Of a stretch of DNA of 64,000 nt, positions 56,772 through 64,000 are shown piece by piece. The position numbers and the translations under genes were made by a program. How positions within the stretch are numbered: position 1 is the stretch's first letter; each line of letters starts with the position of its first letter. Under the pieces are notes generated by a model. That model saw nothing but the letters and a program-made list of their open reading frames with translations. It was not told the DNA's origin and did no database searches. This stretch comes from the human T2T-CHM13v2.0 reference genome, Homo sapiens: the NCBI RefSeq assembly GCF_009914755.1, contig NC_060947.1, one strand, 5' to 3'.

Positions 56772-57345
56772 TGCCCAGGCTGAGTAGGTAAACAGAGCGG
56801 CCGGGAAGCTCAAATTGAGTGGAGCCCACTGCAGCTCAAGGAGGCCTGCCTGCCTCTGTAGACTCCACCTCTGGGGGCAGGGCATAGCCAAACAAAAGGC
56901 AGCAGAAACCTCTGCAGACTTAAATGTCCCTGTCTGACAGCTTTGAAGAGAGTAGTGGTTCTCCCAGCACACAGCTTTAGATCTGAGAACGGACAGACTG
57001 CCTCCTCAAGTGGGTCCCTGACCCCCAAGTAGCCTAACTGGGAGGCACCCCCCAGTAGGGGCAGACTGACACCTCACACGGCCAGGTATTCCTCTGAGAC
57101 AAAACTTCCAGAGGAACGATCAGGCAGCAACATTTGCTGTTCACCAATATCTGCTGTTCTGCAGCCTCCGCTGCTGATACCCAGGCAAACGGGGTCTGGA
57201 GTGTAACTCTGGCAAACTCCAACAGACCTGCAGCTGAGGGTCCTGACTGTTAGAAGGAAAACTAACAAACAGAAAGGACATCCACACCAAAACCCCATCT
57301 GTATGTCACCATCATCAAAGACCAAAGGTAGATAAAACCACAAAG

Positions 57346-58354
57346 ATGGGGATAAAACAGAGCAGAAAAACTGAAAATTCTAAAATCAGAGTGGCTGTCC
57401 TCCTCCAAAGGAATGCAACTCCTCATCAGGAATGGAACATAGTTGGACAGAGAATGACTTTGATGAGGTGAGAGAAGAAGGCTTCAGACGATCAAACTAC
57501 TCCAAGCTAGAGGAAGATGTTTGAAGCCATGAAGAAGTTAAAAACCTTGAAAAAAGAATAGACAAATGGCTAACTAGAATAAACAATGCTGAGAAGTCCT
57601 TAAAGGACCTGATGGAGCTGAAAACCATGGCACGAGAACTATGTGACGAATGCACAAGCTTCAGTAGCCGATTCGATCAACTGGAAGAAAGGGTGTCAGT
57701 GACAGAAGATCAAATGAATGAAATGAAGCAAGAAGAGAAGTTGAGAGAAAAAAGAATACAAAGAAATGAACAAAGCCTCCAAGAAATATGGGACTATGTG
57801 AAAAGACAAAACCTACATCTGATTGCTGTACCCGAAAGTGACAGGGAGAATGGAACCAAGTTGGAAAACACTCTGCAGGATATTATCCAGGAGAACTTCC
57901 CAAACCTAGCAAGGCAGGCCAACATTCAAATTCAGGAAATACAGAGAACACCACAAAGATACTCCTCGAGAAGAGCAACTCCAAGACACATAATTGTCAG
58001 ATTCACCAAAGATGAAATGAAGGAAAAAACGTTAAGGGCAGCCAGAGAGAAAGGTCGGGTTACCCATAAAGGAAGCCGATCAGACTAAAAGCTGATCTCT
58101 TGGCAGAAACTCTACAAGCCAGAAGAGATTGGGGGCCGATATTCAAGATTCTTAAAGAAAAGAATTTTCAACCCAGAATCTCATATCCAGCCAAAATAAG
58201 CTTCATAAGTGAAGGAGAAATAAAATCCTTTACAGACAAGCAAATGCTGAGAGATTTTTTCACCACCAGGCCTGCCCTAAAAGAACTCCTGAAGGAAGCA
58301 CTAAACATAGGAACAACTGGTACCAGCCACTGCAAAAAATATGCCAAATTGTAA
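57346..58354 (+). pseudogene. L1 ORF1p (RNA-binding chaperone), disrupted
   Basis: ATGGGGATAAAACAG start; fragments MELKTMARELCDEC...RRATPRHIIVRF and ARRDWGPIFKILKEKNFQPRISYPAK lie in different frames. Confidence 0.93.
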
Positions 58355-58417
58355 AGAACATCGAGGCTAGGAAGAAACTGCATCAACTAACGAGCAAAAT
58401 AACCAGCTAACATCATA

Positions 58418-62221
<3,804 letters not shown>

Positions 62222-63154
62222 ACAATGAGAACACATGGACACAGGAAGGGGAACATCACACACCAGGGCCTGTTCTGGGTTTGGGGGAGGGGGGAGGGAT
62301 AGCATTAGGAGATATACCTAATATTAAATGACGATTTAATGGGTGTAGCACACCAACATGGCACATGTAAATATATGTAACAAACCTGCACGTTGTGCAC
62401 ATGTACCCTAAACCTTAAAGTATAACAAAAAGAACTCCAGTAAGAAAAAAAAAACGTTTCATATTTTTAAAATTTACAAAAAATTTTAATGTTAATTGGT
62501 AAATATATTTAATCTTTTTAGATTTGAATTTTTGCGGTGGTTAATGAAATTACAACATTTTATTTGCTTATTAGGCAAAATGGTATTCTAACACTTAAAA
62601 TACTGAAAACATTTCTGTCATATATATGAAGTAATTTAAACCATAAGATACTCATGTATTTATCTAAAGAGTGAATCTTTATATATAATTATTCTTAAGG
62701 CTGTATGTTATTCTGTGTTACTTCCATCTTCTCTCATCTTTTCTTTCTGGGCAGTGATGTAGCATGAAATGTTATTTATTTCTTATATGAAACACTTAAA
62801 ATTATTAATAGAAATAGTTTCTTAATTTAAATATATACCCCATAAAGAAACAATACTCTATAGAATTAGCAATTCCCTTTGGAATAAAAAATACAGAATA
62901 AAGACTTTTTCTCTCTTCTTACAAAATCTTATACAGTTTCAAATAAAAACAATCAATTCTACATCATTATTTGTATTTTTTATGTAATACCTCTTAAATT
63001 TTGGATGGCCTGTCCTTTACAGAAATAACACAGTGGCATCAAGCGAAATTATTAACTGTAATGGAATATCATCAAATGTCAGGTTTTCTTTTTGCTCTTA
63101 TTTTAGGGGCATTTTACATCTTCTGAGGAGTTGTTTACAGCTTAGAGGAATAAA

Positions 63155-63500
63155 CACTAAATTCTGCAGTATCAAAGACGATGGATGAACTTTGAAATAA
63201 TTATGTTAATAGAATTAAGCCAGTCATGGAAAGAAAAACACAGTATGGTTCAACTTCATATGATGTATCTGAAATTTTGAAAGTTATAGAATCTGAGAGT
63301 AAAATGGTGGTTGTCAGTGGGGGGTTAGGAGAAAATAGGGAGTTATTACTCACAGTGGGTACAAGTTTCAGTTAAACAAGATGAATCAACTCTAGCCATC
63401 TGCTATACAACATTGTACTTTTAGTCATCAGTAATTTATCCTGCACTTAAAAATCTGTTAACAGTAGATTTCATATTAAGTTTTTCTACCACAATAAAAT
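63155..63500 (+). mobile_element. L1MB-type 3' end
   Basis: GAGAGTAAAATGGTGGTTG...AAGTTTCAGTTAAACAAGATGAAT...CTACCACAATAAAAT. Confidence 0.8.
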
Positions 63501-63517
63501 ATAAATTTTTCATCCCC

Positions 63518-63632
63518 AAGAATGTGAGAAAATATTTGCAAATCCCAAATATGATAAGACTCTAGTGTCCAGAATATATAAAGAATTCTTACAAGTAAGC
63601 AACAAAGACAATCATTCTAATTAAAAAATTAG
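63518..63632 (+). mobile_element. L1 ORF2 fragment (insertion site of the HYPK retrocopy)
   Basis: GAGAAAATATTTGCAAATC...TGATAAG...TCCAGAATATATAAAGAA. Confidence 0.75.
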
Positions 63633-63873
63633 GATATGGCAACCAAGAAGGAGATGCAGTTTGAGTTGGAGACTGAAACCAGTGGCCTAGGGTGGACGCT
63701 CAAGAAGCCATGGAAGTATGACAGTGGTGTGTCACACTTGGAATAAGTCACCAACTACGCAGAGAAGGAGATCCAGAGTTCCAGTGAACCTTCAATAGCA
63801 GGCCGCAGGATCAGAAACCAAACAGGAGTGGGAGAAAGAACTTGAAAAAGTCACTGTCAAGAAGGAAGATCCT
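63633..63873 (+). pseudogene. HYPK: Processed pseudogene of huntingtin-interacting protein K (5' part; interrupted by an Alu)
   Basis: Translates DMATKKEMQFELETETSGLGWTLKKPWKYDSGVSHLE*VTNYAEKEIQSS, then after a frameshifting deletion KQEWEKELEKVTVKKED; recalled HYPK is DMATEGDVELELETETSGPERPPEKPRKHDSGAADLERVTDYAEEKEIQSSN...KQEREKELAKVTIKKEDL; contiguous, with a stop at 63744-63746. Confidence 0.9.
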
Positions 63874-64000
63874 GGACAGGCGCAGTGGCTCACGCCTGTA
63901 ATCCCAGCACTTTGGGAGGCTGAGGAGAGTGGATCACGAGGTCAGGAGATTCAGACCATCCTGGCTAACACGGTGAAACCCTGTCTCTACTAAAAATACA
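63874..64000 (+). mobile_element. AluY-like left arm (runs off the window end)
   Basis: GGATCACGAGGTCAGGAGATTCAGACCATCCTGGCTAACACGGTGAAACCC carries AluY-type diagnostic positions. Confidence 0.9.

Overview
AT-rich primate (human-like) genomic DNA dominated by transposable elements. L1 content includes a full-length but ORF-disrupted L1PA4/5-type element (~56332-62454), three long older L1s (L1MC-like ~1098-7823, L1M3/L1MA-like ~31230-38510, L1MA1/2-like ~50283-55370) and many fragments. Other repeats are seven Alu dimers plus two Alu monomers, L2 and MIR relics, MaLR LTRs (THE1, MST, MLT1), an ERV-L dUTPase remnant with its MLT2 LTR, a MER11 (HML-8) solo LTR with a 6-bp TSD, and Tigger/mariner/hAT DNA-transposon fossils. 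No intact protein-coding gene is supported. The longer ORFs in the supplied track are L1 fragments, antisense L1/Alu reads or microsatellite translations, and none of the remainder gives a recognisable protein. The main non-repeat feature, which the ORF track misses, is a processed HYPK pseudogene at ~63633-63873 interrupted by a young Alu. A few unique islands carry splice-site-like or RFX-like motifs that might belong to a host gene I cannot name. I found no evidence of a new biological system; the findings are mostly insertion-mechanism oddities and weak exon candidates. Subfamily names come from recalled consensus sequences rather than a RepeatMasker run, and the boundaries of old repeats are approximate.
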